The notes: generated by a model not told the origin, from the letters alone. A stretch of DNA of 64,000 bases from Mobula hypostoma (GCF_963921235.1 NC_086100.1:201440001-201504000), one strand, 5' to 3'; positions 1-13,341 are shown, counted from the stretch's first letter. Numbers and translations are program-made.

Positions 1-1240
1 TCATATCACTGGGAAATGGTGTTTTTGGAGGAGAGACCGGGGGTAAGACTGTCTCATCTGCCTGGGAAACGGTGTTTTTGGAGGAGAGACCAGGGGTAAG
101 TCTGTCTCATATGGCTGGGATATAAGTCTGTCTCATCTGGCTGGGAAACGGTGTTTTTGGAGGAGAGACCAGGGGTAAGTCTGTCTCATATGGCTGGGAT
201 ATAAGTCTGTCTCATCTGGCTGGGAAACGGTGTTTTTGGAGGAGAGACCGGGGGTACGCCTGTCTCATATGGCTGGGATATAAGTCTGTCTCATCTGGCT
301 GGGAAACGGTGTTTTTGGAGGAGAGACCGGGGGTAAGACTGTCTCATCTGCCTGGGAAACGGTGTTTTTGGAGGAGAGACCAGGGGTAAGTCTGTCTCAT
401 ATGGCTGGGATATAAGTCTGTCTCATCTGGCTGGGAAACGGTGTTTTTGGAGGAGAGACCGGGGGTAAGTCTGTCTCATATGGCTGGGATATAAGTCTGT
501 CTCATCTGGCTGGGAAACGGTGTTTTTGGAGGAGAGACCGGGGGTACGCCTGTCTCATATGGCTGGGATATAAGTCTGTCTCATCTGGCTGGGAAACGGT
601 GTTTTTGGAGGAGAGACCGGGGGTAAGACTGTCTCATCTGCCTGGGAAACGGTGTTTTTGGAGGAGAGACCAGGGATAAGACTGTCTCATATGGCTGGGA
701 AACGGTGTTTTTGGAGGAGAGACCAGGGATAAGACTGTCTCATATGGCTGGGAAACGGTGTTTTTGGAGGAGAGACCAGGGATAAGACTGTCTCATCTGC
801 CTGGGAAACGGTGTTTTTGGAGGAGAGACCAGGGATAAGACTGTCTCATATGGCTGGGAAACGGTGTTTTTGGAGGAGAGACCAGGGATAAGACTGCCTC
901 ATATGGCTGGGAAATGGTGTTTTTGGAGGAGAGACCAGGGATAAGACTGTCTCATATGGCTGGGAAACGGTGTTTTTGGAGGAGAGACCAGGGATAAGAC
1001 TGTCTCATATGGCTGGGAAACGGTGTTTTTGGAGGAGAGACCGGGGGTAAGACTGTCTCATCTGCCTGGGAAACGGTGTTTTTGGTGGAGAGACCAGGGA
1101 TAAGACTGTCTCATCTGCCTGGGAAACGGTGTTTTTGGTGGAGAGACTGGGGGTAAGTCTGTCTCATATGCTGGGAGACGGGGGTTTTGGAGGAGAGACC
1201 GGGGGTAAGTCTGTCTCATATGGCTGGGAAACGGTGTTTT
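1..1240. repeat. Minisatellite: 53-bp unit plus 26-bp deletion variant
   Basis: Unit ggctgggaaacggtgtttttggaggagagacc(a/g)ggg(g/a)taag(a/t)ctgtctcat(a/c)t recurs every 53 bp (cagggataag at 671 and 724). The short unit ggctgggatataagtctgtctcatct is interspersed in the first ~600 bp. The array runs off the window start. Confidence 0.97.
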
Positions 1241-1651
1241 TGGCATGTTTTTTGAGGAGAGACGGGGAGATGACGGACGTGCTGGGAGCGCTCTGGTCGA
1301 TCACCTTGGGCGGTCCCGAGCGGCGAGTCTAGGGGGTCGGAGTGGATCGCAGGGTGAAGAGAGAATACCCCAGGTATTTGAGCTCCAACTGTGTGCACCA
1401 AGTAATTGAACTTTGATCAGTCTGGTGCCTTTTTGTTCATTCCCTTTTGTATTGTATCTCTATTAATCTCATAGTCTTAGTAAGATTTATGAAGTGTAAT
1501 CTGTAAAATGTACTTTGTGTGCTGTCTGATGATTGATGTTTGAGCCGTATCAGGTGGCATTGCACAGCAACCGACGCAACCGGGAGACAAGGTTGGGCGG
1601 CAGACGGTGTTTCCCCTGGATAAATACGAGCCGATATAGCTGAGCATTACA
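1241..1651 (+). mobile_element. Possible 3' part of an LTR into which the minisatellite merges
   Basis: The last degenerate repeat unit grades into GC-rich then T-rich sequence ending ...gagcattaCA at 1651, an LTR-like terminus. No PBS follows. Confidence 0.35.
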
Positions 1652-2165
1652 GCTAAAATTAACCCATGAGAAAATACTGTCCACTTAATGAATTGAATTG
1701 ACTTTACTTCTTACATCTTCGCATACTATACATGAGTAAAAATATTTACGTTACATCTGTCTAAGTGTACAATGTGCAAGCATAGTAATTTATAATAAAT
1801 AGATCAGGCAATGTAACATTGAAATACACTCAAATCAGCATGATTTAATCAGTCTGATTGCCTGGTGGAAGAAGCTGTCCCAGAGCCTGTTGGTCCTGGT
1901 TTTTATGTTGCGGTACCATTTTCCGGATGGAAGCAGTTGGGACAGTTTGTGGTTGGGGTGACTCAGGTTCCCAATGATCCTATGGGCCCTTTTTACACAC
2001 CTGTCTTTGTAAATGTCCTGAATAGTGGGAAGTTCACATCTACAGATACGCTGGGTTGTCCGCACCACTCTGCAGAGCCCTGCAATTGAGGGAAGTACAG
2101 TTCTCATACCAGGCGGTGATGCAGCCAGTCAGAATGCTCTCAATTGTGCCCCTGTAGAAAGTTCT

Positions 2166-2428
2166 TACCTGGCTGGTGGTGCAGTGACATCAGCGCCGGA
2201 CTCCAGAGCGAAGGTTCCCGAGTTTGAATCCAGTCGGGCCACTTCTGGGCACGCTTTCCATATGTGCTGGTTGAGTGTCAAGCTCGCAGCTTGACCTCGT
2301 AAAAAAAAACAAAAAAACTGCGCTGTCAGAAGGATGTGAGGGACCACTCATAGAATCTTTCCTTCAAGACAACCACTTGAAAAGTGGTCGCCGAGGCTCT
2401 GGCAGAGTATGGCACGCAAGAAAAAAGA
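2166..2428 (+). mobile_element. tRNA-derived SINE
   Basis: Pol III A-box-like tggtgcagtga and B-box-like gagtttgaatcc, plus an A-rich tail. A related copy lies on the minus strand at about 8417-8550. Confidence 0.7.
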
Positions 2429-2622
2429 AAGTCCTTAGGATTTGGGGACCCATACCAAACGTCTTCAACCGTCTGAGGTGAAAGGGGCACTGTTGTGTCT
2501 TTTTCACCACACAGCTGGTGTGAAGTCCTCGATGATGTTGATGCCAAGGAACTTAAAGCTGTTTTTCCTCTCATCCCCAGATCTTTTGATGTCAATAGGG
2601 TTAGCCTGTCTCCATTCCTCCT

Positions 2623-3405
2623 ATAGAAACATAGAAAATAGGTGCAGGAGTAGGCCATTCAGCCCTTTGAGCCTGCACCACCATTCAGTATGATCATGGC
2701 TGATCCAACTCAGAACCCTGTACCTGCCTTCTCTCCATACCCCCTGATCCCTTTAGCCACAAGGGCCATATCTAACTCTCTCTTAAATATAGCCAATGAA
2801 CTGGCCTCAACTGTTTCCTGTGGCAGAGAATTCCACAGATTCACCACTTTCTGTGTGAAGAAGTTTTTCCTAATCTCGGTCCTAAAAGGCTTCCCCTCTA
2901 TCCTCAAACTGTGACCCCTCGTTCTGGACTTCCCCAACATTGGAAACAATCTTCCTGCATCTAGCCTGTCCAAATCCAATCCCTTTAGAATTTTATACGT
3001 TTCAATAAGATCCCCCCTCAAATCTTCTAAATTCCAGTGAGTATAAGCCTAGTCGATCCAGTCTTTCATCATATGAAAGTCCTGCTATCCTAGGAATCAA
3101 TCTGGTGAACCTTCTTCGTACTCCCTCTATGGCAAGAATGTCTTTCCTCAGGTTAGGGGACCAAAACTGCACACAATACTCCAGGTGTGGTCTCACCAAG
3201 GCCTTGTACAACTGCAGTGGTACCTCCCTGCTCCTGTACTCGAATCCTCTTGCTATGAATGCCAGCATACCATTTGCCTTTTTCACCGCCTGCTGTACCT
3301 GCATGCCTACTTTCAATGACTGGTGTATAATGACACCCAGGTCTTGTTGCACCTCCCCTTTTCCTAGTCGGCCACCATTCAGATAATAATCTGTTTTCCT
3401 GTTCT
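2623..3405 (-). mobile_element. CR1 LINE, 3' fragment
   Basis: ORFs LYKALVRPHLEYCVQFWSP and RGDLIETYKILKG. CR1 3' UTR with (tttctatg) tail. Confidence 0.93.
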
Positions 3406-3829
3406 TAATTGGCTATAATTCACAACCAGCTAAGTTTTTGTGACATTGAGGGAGAGGTTGTTTTCTTGACACCACTGTGTCAGAGAGATAACTTCTTCTC
3501 TGTAGGCCACCTTGTTACTGTTGGAGATTAGGCCAATCAATGTAGTGTCATTGGCAAATTTAATTAGCAGATTAGAGCTGTGGGTGGCGACACAGTCATG
3601 GGTATACAGAGAGCAGGGGGAGACTCGGGTCTCCCTGAGGGGCTCCTGTGTTGAGAGTCAGAGGGATGAAGGTAAGGGAGCCCACTCTTACCACCTGCCA
3701 GCGAAGCCCAGGATCCAAGGCAGAGTGAAGGCCGAAGTCTGAGCTTCCTGTTGAGCCCGGATGGAATTATGGTGTCGAATGCTGAACGGTGGTCCAAGAA
3801 TGGTTCCAAGGTTGACAAGTCAAGGAGTG

Positions 3830-4385
3830 GTAGTGGGGATAAGCTCCTACTACCTAAAAGTGCACCTCACGGCATGCGTCTCCAATAGCCTCTGACAACC
3901 CAGTCCAACTCCTGGCCTTCTTGTGTGGCTTAGCCTCTAAGCCCAGCGGAACTGTTTCTACTGACAGAAGGGGCAAAGGTGGGCCCTGGTGCCTTAAAAC
4001 CAGTGCTTTGGGTAGATGGAGCTCATCAGCCTGGGAAGGCAGTCCATCCAAGACAGGAAAACTCTGATTTCAAACATCCGCTGCCTTGCAGCCATCCCCA
4101 CTCATGGGAAAGGCTTCGGGAGTAAACCCTGAGGACAAATCCGGAGCTGGAGTCCCTAAGGCAGTTCGACGTTGCCTTCAACCTCGTTCTGGCAACTTCT
4201 GAGATGACACTGGTGCCAAGCTGTATCAGCCTTTGCCCTTCCCTTGGACAACATTGGTGTCGTGGAGAGGGGAGACTTGCTGCATGGGCAACTGCTGGTC
4301 TTCTATATAACCTTGCCCAGGCCTGCACCCTGGAAACTTCCAGGCACAGATTCATGGTCTCATGAGACTAACGGATGCCACCACC
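3830..4385 (+). mobile_element. RTE-related non-coding insertion (5'UTR-like or SINE-like)
   Basis: Contains ggaaaactctgatttcaaac, resembling RTE/Bov-B-type 5' sequence. It interrupts the Rex1-type LINE. Confidence 0.4.
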
Positions 4386-4619
4386 TGTCCAAGAACAGCA
4401 TCCTCACATAAGCATCCTTCTTTTCCAGATGTGAAAGAATAAAGAAGCCAAAAAGCTTCTAAAATTATACCTTATAAAGTTCAAAAGGTTCAAAGTAAAT
4501 TTTATTATCAAAGTACATAAATGTCACTATATACAACCTTGAGATTAATTTTCCTGCGTGCATACTCAGCAAATCTATAGAATAGTAACTATAATGGGAT
4601 CAATGAAAGATCAGCTAGA

Positions 4620-5815
4620 AGGATGCCATCGCCTACCTGCTGAACCGTGTCTACGCCCACCTGGACAAGCCAGCGAGCACTGTGAGGGTCATGTTTTTTG
4701 ACTTCTCAAGTGCGTTCAATACCTTCCGTCCTGCTCTGCTGGGGGAGAAGCTGACAGCGATGCAGGTGGATGCTTCCCTGGTATCATGGATTCTTGATTA
4801 CCTGACTGGCAGACCACAGTACGTGTGCTTGCAACACTGTGTCCGACAGTGATCAGCAGCACTGGGGCTCCACAGGGGACTGTCTTGTCTCCCTTTCTCT
4901 TCATCATTTACACCTCGGACTTCAACTACTGCACAGAGTCTTGTCATCTTCAGAAGTTTTTGGATGACTCTGCCATAGTTGGATGCATCAGCAAGGGAGA
5001 TGAGGTTGAGTACAGGGCTACGGTAGGAAACTTTGTTACATGGTGTGAGCAGAATTATCTGCAGCTTAATGTGAAAAAGATTAAGGAGCTGGTGGTAGAC
5101 CTGAGGAGAGCTAAGGTACCGGTGACCCCTGTTTCCATCCGGGGGTCAGTGTGGACATGGTGAAGGATTACAAGTACCTGGGGATACGAATTGCCAATAA
5201 ACTGAACTGGTCTAAGAACACTGAGGCTGTCTACAAGAAGGGTCAGAGCCGTCTCTATTTCCTGAGGAGACTGCGGTCCTTTAACATCTGTCGGACGATG
5301 CTGAAGATGTTCTACGAGTCTGTGGTGGCTAGTGCTATCATGTTTGCTGTTGTGTGCTGGGGCAGCAGGCTGAGGATAGCAGACACCAACAGAATCAACA
5401 AACTCATTCGTAAGGCCATTAATGTTGTGAGGATGGAACTGGACTCTCTCACGGTGGTGTCTGAAAAGAGGATGCTGTCTAAGTTGCATGCTATCTTGGT
5501 CAATGTCTCCCATCCACTACATAATGTACTGGGTGGGCACAGGAGTACATTCAGCCAGAGACTCATTCCACCGAGATGCAGCACAGAGCGTCATAGGAAG
5601 TCACTCCTGCCTGTGGCCATCAAACTTTACAACTCCTCCCTTGGAGGGTCAGACACCCTGAGCCAATAGGCTGGTCCTGGACTAATTTCATAATTTACTG
5701 GCATAATTTACATATTACTATTTAACTATTTATGGTTCTATTACTATTTATTATTTATGGTGCAACTGTAACAAAAAACAATTTCCCCTGGGATCAATAA
5801 AGTATGACTATGACT
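4620..5815 (+). mobile_element. 5'-truncated Rex1/Babar-type LINE (RT plus C-terminal domain)
   Basis: MFFDFSSAFNT, GAPQGTVLSPFLF, KFLDDSA, YKYLG, KKGQSRLYFLRRLRSF. One frameshift near 5155. Tail aataaagtatgactatgact. Confidence 0.92.
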
Positions 5816-5939
5816 AGAGTGCAGAAGACAACAAACTGCAAATGCAAATGTAATTAAATAGCAATAAATAATGAGAACATGAGATAACAAGATAAAGGGT
5901 CCTTAAAGTGAGATCATTGTTTGTCGTGGGAACATCTCA

Positions 5940-7135
5940 ATGGGTTGGCAAGTGAGTGTAGTTATCCCCTTTTGTTCAAGAGCCTGATGATTGAGGGGTA
6001 GTAACTGTTCTTAAATCTAGTGGTGTGAGTCTTGAGGCTCTTGTACCTTCTACATTAGATTAGATTAGATTCAACTTTATTGTCATTGTGCCGAGTACAG
6101 ATACAAAGCCAATGAAATGCAATTAGCATCTGACCAAAAGTGCAAAAGAATAGTATTATTTACCAAATAACCGTGAATAAAAAGTAAGTGCTACAGCATA
6201 CAAATATAAAAGTACTGATTGTGGAGTTAGAACTGTGTACAGAAACGCAGTCATAGGTGAAAAGGGAGTACAGAAGAGGGCTCAGCACACCGCCTTGAGG
6301 CATGCCGGTATTCAGGGTGAGAATGGAGGAGAGGTGGTTGTCTAAGTTAGCAGATTGGGGTCTGTTAGTCAGAAAGTCCAAGGTCCAATTGCAGAGGGAT
6401 GAGCTGATACCAAGCTGGCGAAGTTTGGCAATCAGCTTGGAGGGGATCATAGTTCGGCATTCAATACTAAGGTCAATGAACAGCATTCTGATGTAAGAGT
6501 TGGGGCTGTCCAGGTGGGTCAGGGCAGAGTGAAGTGCTGTGGAGATGGCATCCTCTGTTGACCTGTTGGTGTGACAGGCAAATTGATGGGGGTCCAGGGT
6601 AGTGGACAGAAAGGATTTCAGATGTGGTCGAACCAGTCTCTCAAAGCACTTCGCAATGATGGGGTGAGTGCAACTGGACAGAAGTCATTCAGGCCCGTGG
6701 CAGTGGAATGATGGCAGCAGTGAGAAAAGAGCACGACTTTGGTGGTGGAGATCTCTGATGATGGATGCTGATTTCCTACGACAGTATTTCATGCAGATAT
6801 GCTCAATGGTTGGGAGGGTTTTGCCTGTGATGTATTGGGCTGAATCCTACTTTTTGTTCCACTCAAAGGCATTGGTGTTTCCATTCCAGGCCATGATGAA
6901 GCCAGGCAATATACTTTCCACTACAGTTTGTTGAAGTTTTAAATGTCATGCCAAGTCTCTTCAGACTCCCAAGGAAGTAGAGATGCAGCCGTGCTTTCTT
7001 TACAATTGCATTTATGTACTGAGTCCAGGACAGATCTCCGGAATTAGTAACATCTTGGAGTTTAGAGTTGTTAACCCTCTCCACCTCTGATCTTCCAATG
7101 AGGACTGGCTTGTGGACCTCTAGTTCCCTTTCCTG
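5940..7135 (-). mobile_element. Nested Rex1-type LINE fragments
   Basis: LCNWTLDFLTNRPQ...GMPQGGVLSPLLYSLFTYDC and KKARLHLYFLGSLKRLG. (attag)n tail at about 6055-6070. Confidence 0.8.
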
Positions 7136-7821
7136 AATACTGCATTCACCAGTATAGACTTATTAAACTGTTACGTACATAAAGACTACTTAAAATACGA
7201 ACAGATAACACTGGACAGCAAATTGTTTTGAAAGTGTTGCTTCCTCAGAAATTTTTATGTTTCTGATAGACCACTTGAAGCTGAACACAAATATAATTTC
7301 AGACTAATTGTACCACGTAGGAAGTTGGAGAAACAAGAAAAATAACTTTTATTGAATGTAATGCATTTAATTGCATAGCTAACACTTTACAATAGTTCAA
7401 CTAAGCTAAAAATGTTTTGTTGATAATTTTCATTTGTACTTGTTGTCTGAGGCTTCTCACTTAATGTCCAGCAATGATCAGCTAGCATTGATTGATTCCA
7501 GTTGCCCTGATACTGTTTCTTCATAACCACAATGTCCTGGTGAAATCTTTAACTATGCTCGCCTCTGACAGCGCGAAGGTTTGCCGTGAAGAAGTCTAAA
7601 TGGGAATTCAGAAAATGACATTGTTTGATGCTCTATAGCTGCCAGGAAAATTTTCAGTAACATCCTCGAATGCCTTCCATGCGATTTTTCTCTTGTCCCA
7701 TTAGAAATTCTTCCAATTGTCTGTCATTGTTGACCTGTTTGATTTGTGGATGAACAAGAATGCCTTCCTTAATCTTTGCATTTGTCAGGTTATTCTGTCA
7801 AATCACCGGCAGATGGTAAAA

Positions 7822-8760
7822 CTGAGCTCCCTCACCTCTGCCCCTCAACACAGGTGCCCCTCAAGGCTGTGTCCTCAGCCCCCTTCTTTACTCTCTGCAT
7901 ACCCATGACTGCATCGCCACCCACCGCTCCAATCTTCTAATCATATTTGCTGATGATTCCTCATTGATTGGCCTTATCTCAAATAATAACGAGGCAGCCT
8001 AGAGAAAAGAAGTCATCACCCTGACACAGTGGTGTCAAGATAACAACCTCTCCCTCAATGTCGCAAAAACAAAAGAGCTGGTTGTGGACTACAGGAGGAG
8101 TGGAGACACGTTAACGCCTATTGACATCAATGGATCTGGAATTGAGAGGGTGAACAGCTTTAAGTTCCTTGGCATACACATCACCGAGGATCTCATGTGG
8201 TCTGTACATACCGGCTGTGGTGAAAAAAGCACAACAGTGCCTCTTTCACCTCAGACGGCTAAAGAAGTTTGGTATGGGCCCCCAGATCCTAAGGAGTTTC
8301 TCCAGGGGCACAATTGAGAGTATCCTGACTGTCTGTATCACTGCCTGGTATGAGAACTGTACTTCCCTCAATCGCAGGACTTTGCAGAGTGTTGTGGACA
8401 GCCCAGCGCATCTGTAAAAGAAGAGGCCGAGTTGCAAGCTTGACGCTCAACCCAGCACGGATGGAAAGTGTGCAAGGGAGCTGGCTGGATTTGAACTCGG
8501 GAGCCTTCGCTCCGAAGTCCGGTGCTGATGCCACTACGCCACCAGCCAGCTATCTGTAGATGTGAACTCCAACTATACAGGACATTTACAGAGACGCGTG
8601 TAAAAAGGGCCCGAAGGATCATTGGGGACCCAAGTCACTCCAACCACAAACTGTTCCAGCTGCTACCATCCAGTAAATGGTACAGCAGCATAAAAGCCAG
8701 GACCGACAGGCCCTGGGACAGCTTCTTCCACCAGGCCATCAGACTAATTAATTCATACAG
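7822..8760 (+). mobile_element. Rex1-type LINE 3' fragment inside the Chapaev3 element, with a SINE at about 8417-8550 (-)
   Basis: [51 protein letters not shown]. Confidence 0.88.
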
Positions 8761-8771
8761 ATACATTTGTA

Positions 8772-9090
8772 CAAACCCCATTTCCAGAAAAGTTGGGATA
8801 TTTTCCAAAATGCAATAAAAACAAAAATCTGTGATATGTTAATTCACGTGAACCTTTATTTAACTGACAAAAGTACAAAGAAAAGATTTTCGATAGTTTT
8901 ACTGACCAACTTAATTGTATTTTGTAAACATACACAAATTTAGAATTTGATGGCTGCAACACACTCAGCAAAAATTGGGACAGAGTTAAAATAAGATTGA
9001 AAAGTGCACAGAATATTCAAGTAACACAGGTTTTGAAGACTCCACGTTAAGCAGGCTAATTGGTAGCAGGTGAGGTATCATGACTGGCTG
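8772..9090 (+). mobile_element. Tc1-like terminal fragment (IR/DR type)
   Basis: TA|caaaccccatttccagaaaagttggga terminus, with an inner repeat aaaattgggacag about 200 bp downstream. Confidence 0.6.
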
Positions 9091-9829
9091 TTGCAACATT
9101 GGCAAAACATTTTGCTACCACAAGTACTGTTGAAAATACAACTACTTTATTATAATGAGTGCACACAATGTGCTATGCTCGCAGAGCATGCACATCAATG
9201 TGATCGCCAACCGATATACATGTAAACACAATGCATAGAACGATGTGTGTATGATGCTTTTATACCTTTCTAAAACCTGCCCTGCCATGTAGCATCTGTC
9301 CTGCCTAATCATGCCCAGGCATACCATGACAAGATAGAAAACTTTTCAACTTACATTGAGGGCAACATTTTAATTGACTTGAATTATGAATTCAAATAAC
9401 AAATATAGAGGATTTCAAAAAAATGATGCTTGATAGAGATATTTCATTGTGATTTTCATGGTCAGCAGCCCAAAAAGTATTCAGGAAGCAAAATCTTTGT
9501 TGTCTAGTGTAATTGATTGTTAAACTGCAAAGAAAATGACATTTAAAATTAAACAGTATCCAACACAGGTTTGTTTACCATTGCAAGGAAGGGAGGCATG
9601 CAGAGAACTGAAGGAACACCTCTCATTGGGTCAAGGTCTTCATCAAGGACTTGGGAATTTTCTCTCCTTCCTCGTTCAATTACCTGATATATATCCCACC
9701 AGGCCTTAGGGACCCAGTAACACCTTCTCCAACTCAAAATACCCTGGCACATGTTCATGGCTCACACTCATCTCTAAATATAAAGGGAAATTATACGATG
9801 AATGGCATGATATTTAATAGGATTAATGT

Positions 9830-12800
9830 ACCATAGAACCATGGAACACTGCAGCACAGAAAACAGGCCGTTCGAACCTTCTAGTTTGTGCCGAAACATT
9901 ATTCCACTTGTCGCACTGACCTGCATCTAGTCCATAACCCTCCAGACCTCTCCCATCCATGTACCTATCCAATTTATTCTTAAAACTTAAGATTGAGCCC
10001 GCATTTACCATGTCAGATGGCAGCTCGTTCCACACTCCCACCATTCTCTGAGTGAAGAAGTTCCCCCTAATGTTCCCCCTAAACCTTTCCCCTTTCACCC
10101 TAAAGCCATGTCCTCTCATATTTATCTCTCCTAATCTAAGTGGAAAGAGCGAAGTACCAAGGGAACTTGAAGTCCAAGTGCAAAGTGACTGCACAAGCAG
10201 ACGGGGTGGTAAAGAAGGGAGAGAGGTGGAAGAAAGGAAATTATAAACCAGTTAACTTGACCTCAGCAGTTAGGAAGATGCTGGAGTCTTATTAAAGATG
10301 AGGTTTGGAGTTACTTGGGTGCACATGGTAAAATAGGTCAGCATAGCTTCCTTAAGGAAAAAACTTAGGTCCATAAGATACAGGAGTAGAATTAGGCCAT
10401 TTGGCCCATCAAGTGTGCTCCACCATTTCAGCATGGCTGATCCATTTTCCTTCACAGCCCCAATCTCCTTCCTTCTCTCTGTATCCCTTTATGCCCTGAC
10501 CTATCAAGAATCTAGCCACCTCTGCCTTAAATTAGATAATGACTTAGCCTCCACAGTCACCTGTGGCAACAAATTCCACAGGACTAGAAGCAACCCTTAG
10601 ATGACTGGCCTCCTCCAACCTGACCCCCAGGAGCACCCATGTCCCGTGGGCTGAGTATGCCCACCACACACTCTGCTGCTCTTCCACAGGTCTCTGCTCT
10701 TTCAAATGCTATTTCAGATACCAGCCACCCATGTTTCTCGAGCAGGAGGTTGTGGTGTGGGTCCCTTCTGCACATCCAGTCATAAGACCATAAGATATAG
10801 GAGCAGAATTAGGCCATTGACTCTGCTCCACCATTTCGTCATGGCTGATCCAATTTTCCTCTTATGCCCAGTCTCCTGCCTTCTTCCTATATCCCTTTGT
10901 GCCCTGACCAATCAAGAATCTATCAACCTCTGCCTCTGCCTTAAATATACGTAAAGACTTGGCCTTCACAGTCATCTGTGGCAACAAATTCCACAGATTC
11001 ATCACTCTCTGGCTAAAGAAATTCTTCCTCATTTCCATTCTAAAAGGTCACCCCTCAATTCTGAGGCTGTGTCCTCTTGTCCTAAACTCTCCCACCATAG
11101 GAAACATCCTCTCCACATCCACTCTATTGAGGCCTTTCAACATTTGATACGTTTCAATTAGGTTATCCCTCATTCTTCTGAATTCCAGTGAATACAGGGC
11201 CAAAGAGATCAAACACTCTTCATATGACAAGCCATTCAATCCTGGATTAATTTTCGTGAATATCCTTTGAATCCTTTCCAGTTTCAGCACATCCTTTCTA
11301 AAATAAGGGATCCAAAACCACTACAATACTCCACGTGAGGCCTGACCAGTGCTTTATAAAGCCTCAACATTGCATCTTTGCTTTTATATTCTAGTTCCCT
11401 TGAAATAAATGCTAACATCACATTTGCCTTCCTCACAACCTGCAAATTAACCTTTAGGGAGTCCTGCACAAGGACACCCAAGTCTCTTTGCGCCTCAGAT
11501 TTGCACCTCATTCTTAATAATCAACTCCAACATCTTCCAACCAAACTGGCCTATAATTTCCTTTCTTCTGCCTCTCTCTCTTCTTGAAGAGTGGAGTGAC
11601 ATTTGCAATGTTCCAGTCCTCCCGAACCTTTCCAGAATCTAGTGATTCTTGAAAGATCATAACTAATGCCTCCACAATCTCTTCAGGACACTGGGATGTA
11701 CACCATCTGGTCCTGGTGACTTACCTACCTTCAGACCTTTCTGACAAATCTGTTGGAATTCTTTGAGGAAGTAAGTAGGATAGACAAAGGAGAATCGGTA
11801 GATTGGTGTATTTTCAGAAGGCCACACGTAGCAAGATAAGAGCCCATGGTATTACAGGAAAGATACTTGTATGGATAGAGCATTGGCCGATTGGCAGGAG
11901 GCAGAGAGTGGGAATAAAGGGAGGCTCTTTCGATTGACTGCCGGTGACAAGTGGTGTTCCACAGGGATCAGTATTGGGACTGCTTTTTACGTTATGTGTC
12001 AATGATTAGGATGATGGAATTGATGGCTTTGTGGCACAGTATACGGATGATATGGAGATAGGTGGAAGGGCAGGTTGTACTGAGGAAGCAAGGTGGCTGG
12101 AGAAGGACTTAGACAGATTAGGAGAATGGACAAAGAAGTGGCAGATGGAATACACTGTCAGGAAGTGCACTCAGGTAAAAGGAACGAAAGCATTCTAAGT
12201 GGGGAGAAAATTGAAAACTCCAAGGTTCAATGGGGCTTAGGAGTCCTTGAGTAGGATTTGCTAAAGGTTAACTTGCAGGTTCAATTGGTGATGGAGGAAG
12301 GCAAATATGCTGTCGGCATTCACTTTGAGATGACTAGGATATTAATACAAGGATGTAATACTGAGGCTCTGTAAGACACTGGTTATACCACACTTGGAGT
12401 ATTGAGAGCACTTTTGGACCCCTTATCCAAGAAAGGATGTGTTGATATTGGAGAGGGTTCAAAAGAGGTTCACAGAGATGGTTTCAGGAATGAACTGCTT
12501 ATCATATGAGAAATGTTTGATGACTCTGAGCCTGTAACCGCTGAAATTTAGAAGAATGAGGGGGAAATCTCATTGAAACCTATAAAATGTTGGAAGGCCT
12601 AGATGGAGTGAATGTGGAGAGGATGATTCCTATAGTCTGGGAGTCTAGGACCAGAGGGCACAACCTCAGAATAGAGGGCCGTCCATTTAGAACAGAGATC
12701 AGGAGGAATTTCTTTAGCTAGTGAATATGTGGAATTTGTTGCCACAGGCGGCTGTCAATGCCAGGTCATTAGGTGTATTTAAGGCAAAATAAATAGATTC

Positions 12801-13200
12801 TTGATAGGTCAGTGTGTCAAAGGTTGAGGAGAGAAGGCAGGTGAATGGGGTTGAGAGGGAAATAGATAAGCCACAATCAAATGGTAGAGCAGATTTGATA
12901 GGCAGAATGGCCTGATTCTGCTCCTATGTCTTATGGTCTTATTTCGAAGCTTTGATGAGGCTGTATTGAGAGTGTTATGTGCAGTTGTGGTTGACCCATT
13001 ACAGGAAGGATGTGAAGGCTTTAGAAAGGGTGCTGAAGAGGTTCACCAGCGTACTGCCTGGATGAAAGTGCATGAGCTATCGGAAGAGGCTGAGTGAATT
13101 TGGGATGTTGGAGACTGAGGGGAAACCTAGTAGCAGATTACACAATTATGAGAGGCAAAATTGTCTCCATGCGTGGGACAGACATGGTGAGTCAAAGGGC
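9830..13200. mobile_element. Cluster of degenerate CR1 fragments on both strands
   Basis: Minus-strand 3' ends at about 9830-10150 and 10370-11500 (LYKALVRPHVEYC, RGHSLRIEG). Plus-strand RT to 3'UTR at about 11740-12940. Confidence 0.88.
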
Positions 13201-13341
13201 CTGTGCCTGTGCTGTTTGTTCTCCGTGCTGAAAGATGGGATTGAGAAGTGTGCCCACTGGCTAGTCTGCACATGGCGAGTAGAATGGATGCTTCCAAGTT
13301 GTATCACTCTATGACTCAAAGTCATTACTCTGTTCTTCTAG

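Larger units (their letters stand above)
1835..3810 (-). mobile_element. Degenerate Rex1/Babar-type LINE (RT 3' half) interrupted by a SINE and a CR1
   Basis: Minus-strand ORFs such as LPTIQDIYKDRCVKRAHRII...RTNRLWDSFFHQAIRL and SAFDTIIPS, with multiple frameshifts. Confidence 0.8.
7209..9509 (-). mobile_element. Chapaev3-like (CMC) DNA transposon relic with internal insertions
   Basis: TIRs cactggacagcaaa (7209) and tttgttgtctagtg (ending 9509), flanked by TAA on both sides. Minus-strand transposase remnants at about 7450-7790: LTNAKIKEGILVHPQI, KIAWKAFEDV, HFLNSHLDFF, GEHS*RFHQDIVVMKKQYQGNWN. Confidence 0.8.

Noticed and set aside
1..1240. CRISPR-like array
   Set aside because: Units are contiguous with no unique spacers, there are no cas genes, and the context is eukaryotic.
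2166..2240. tRNA gene
   Set aside because: A and B boxes are present, but the sequence continues into a SINE body and A-rich tail, sits inside a LINE, and has a second diverged copy.
3830..4000. HDV-like ribozyme in an RTE-like 5' region (also considered at about 31440-31535)
   Set aside because: Plausible for RTE elements, but I could not assign the nested double-pseudoknot pairings by eye. A covariance-model search is needed.
1650..13341. Additional upstream ADAM exon (also sought downstream, in 56403-64000)
   Set aside because: I found no convincing splice-bounded ADAM-like sequence, so the neighbouring exons probably lie outside the window.
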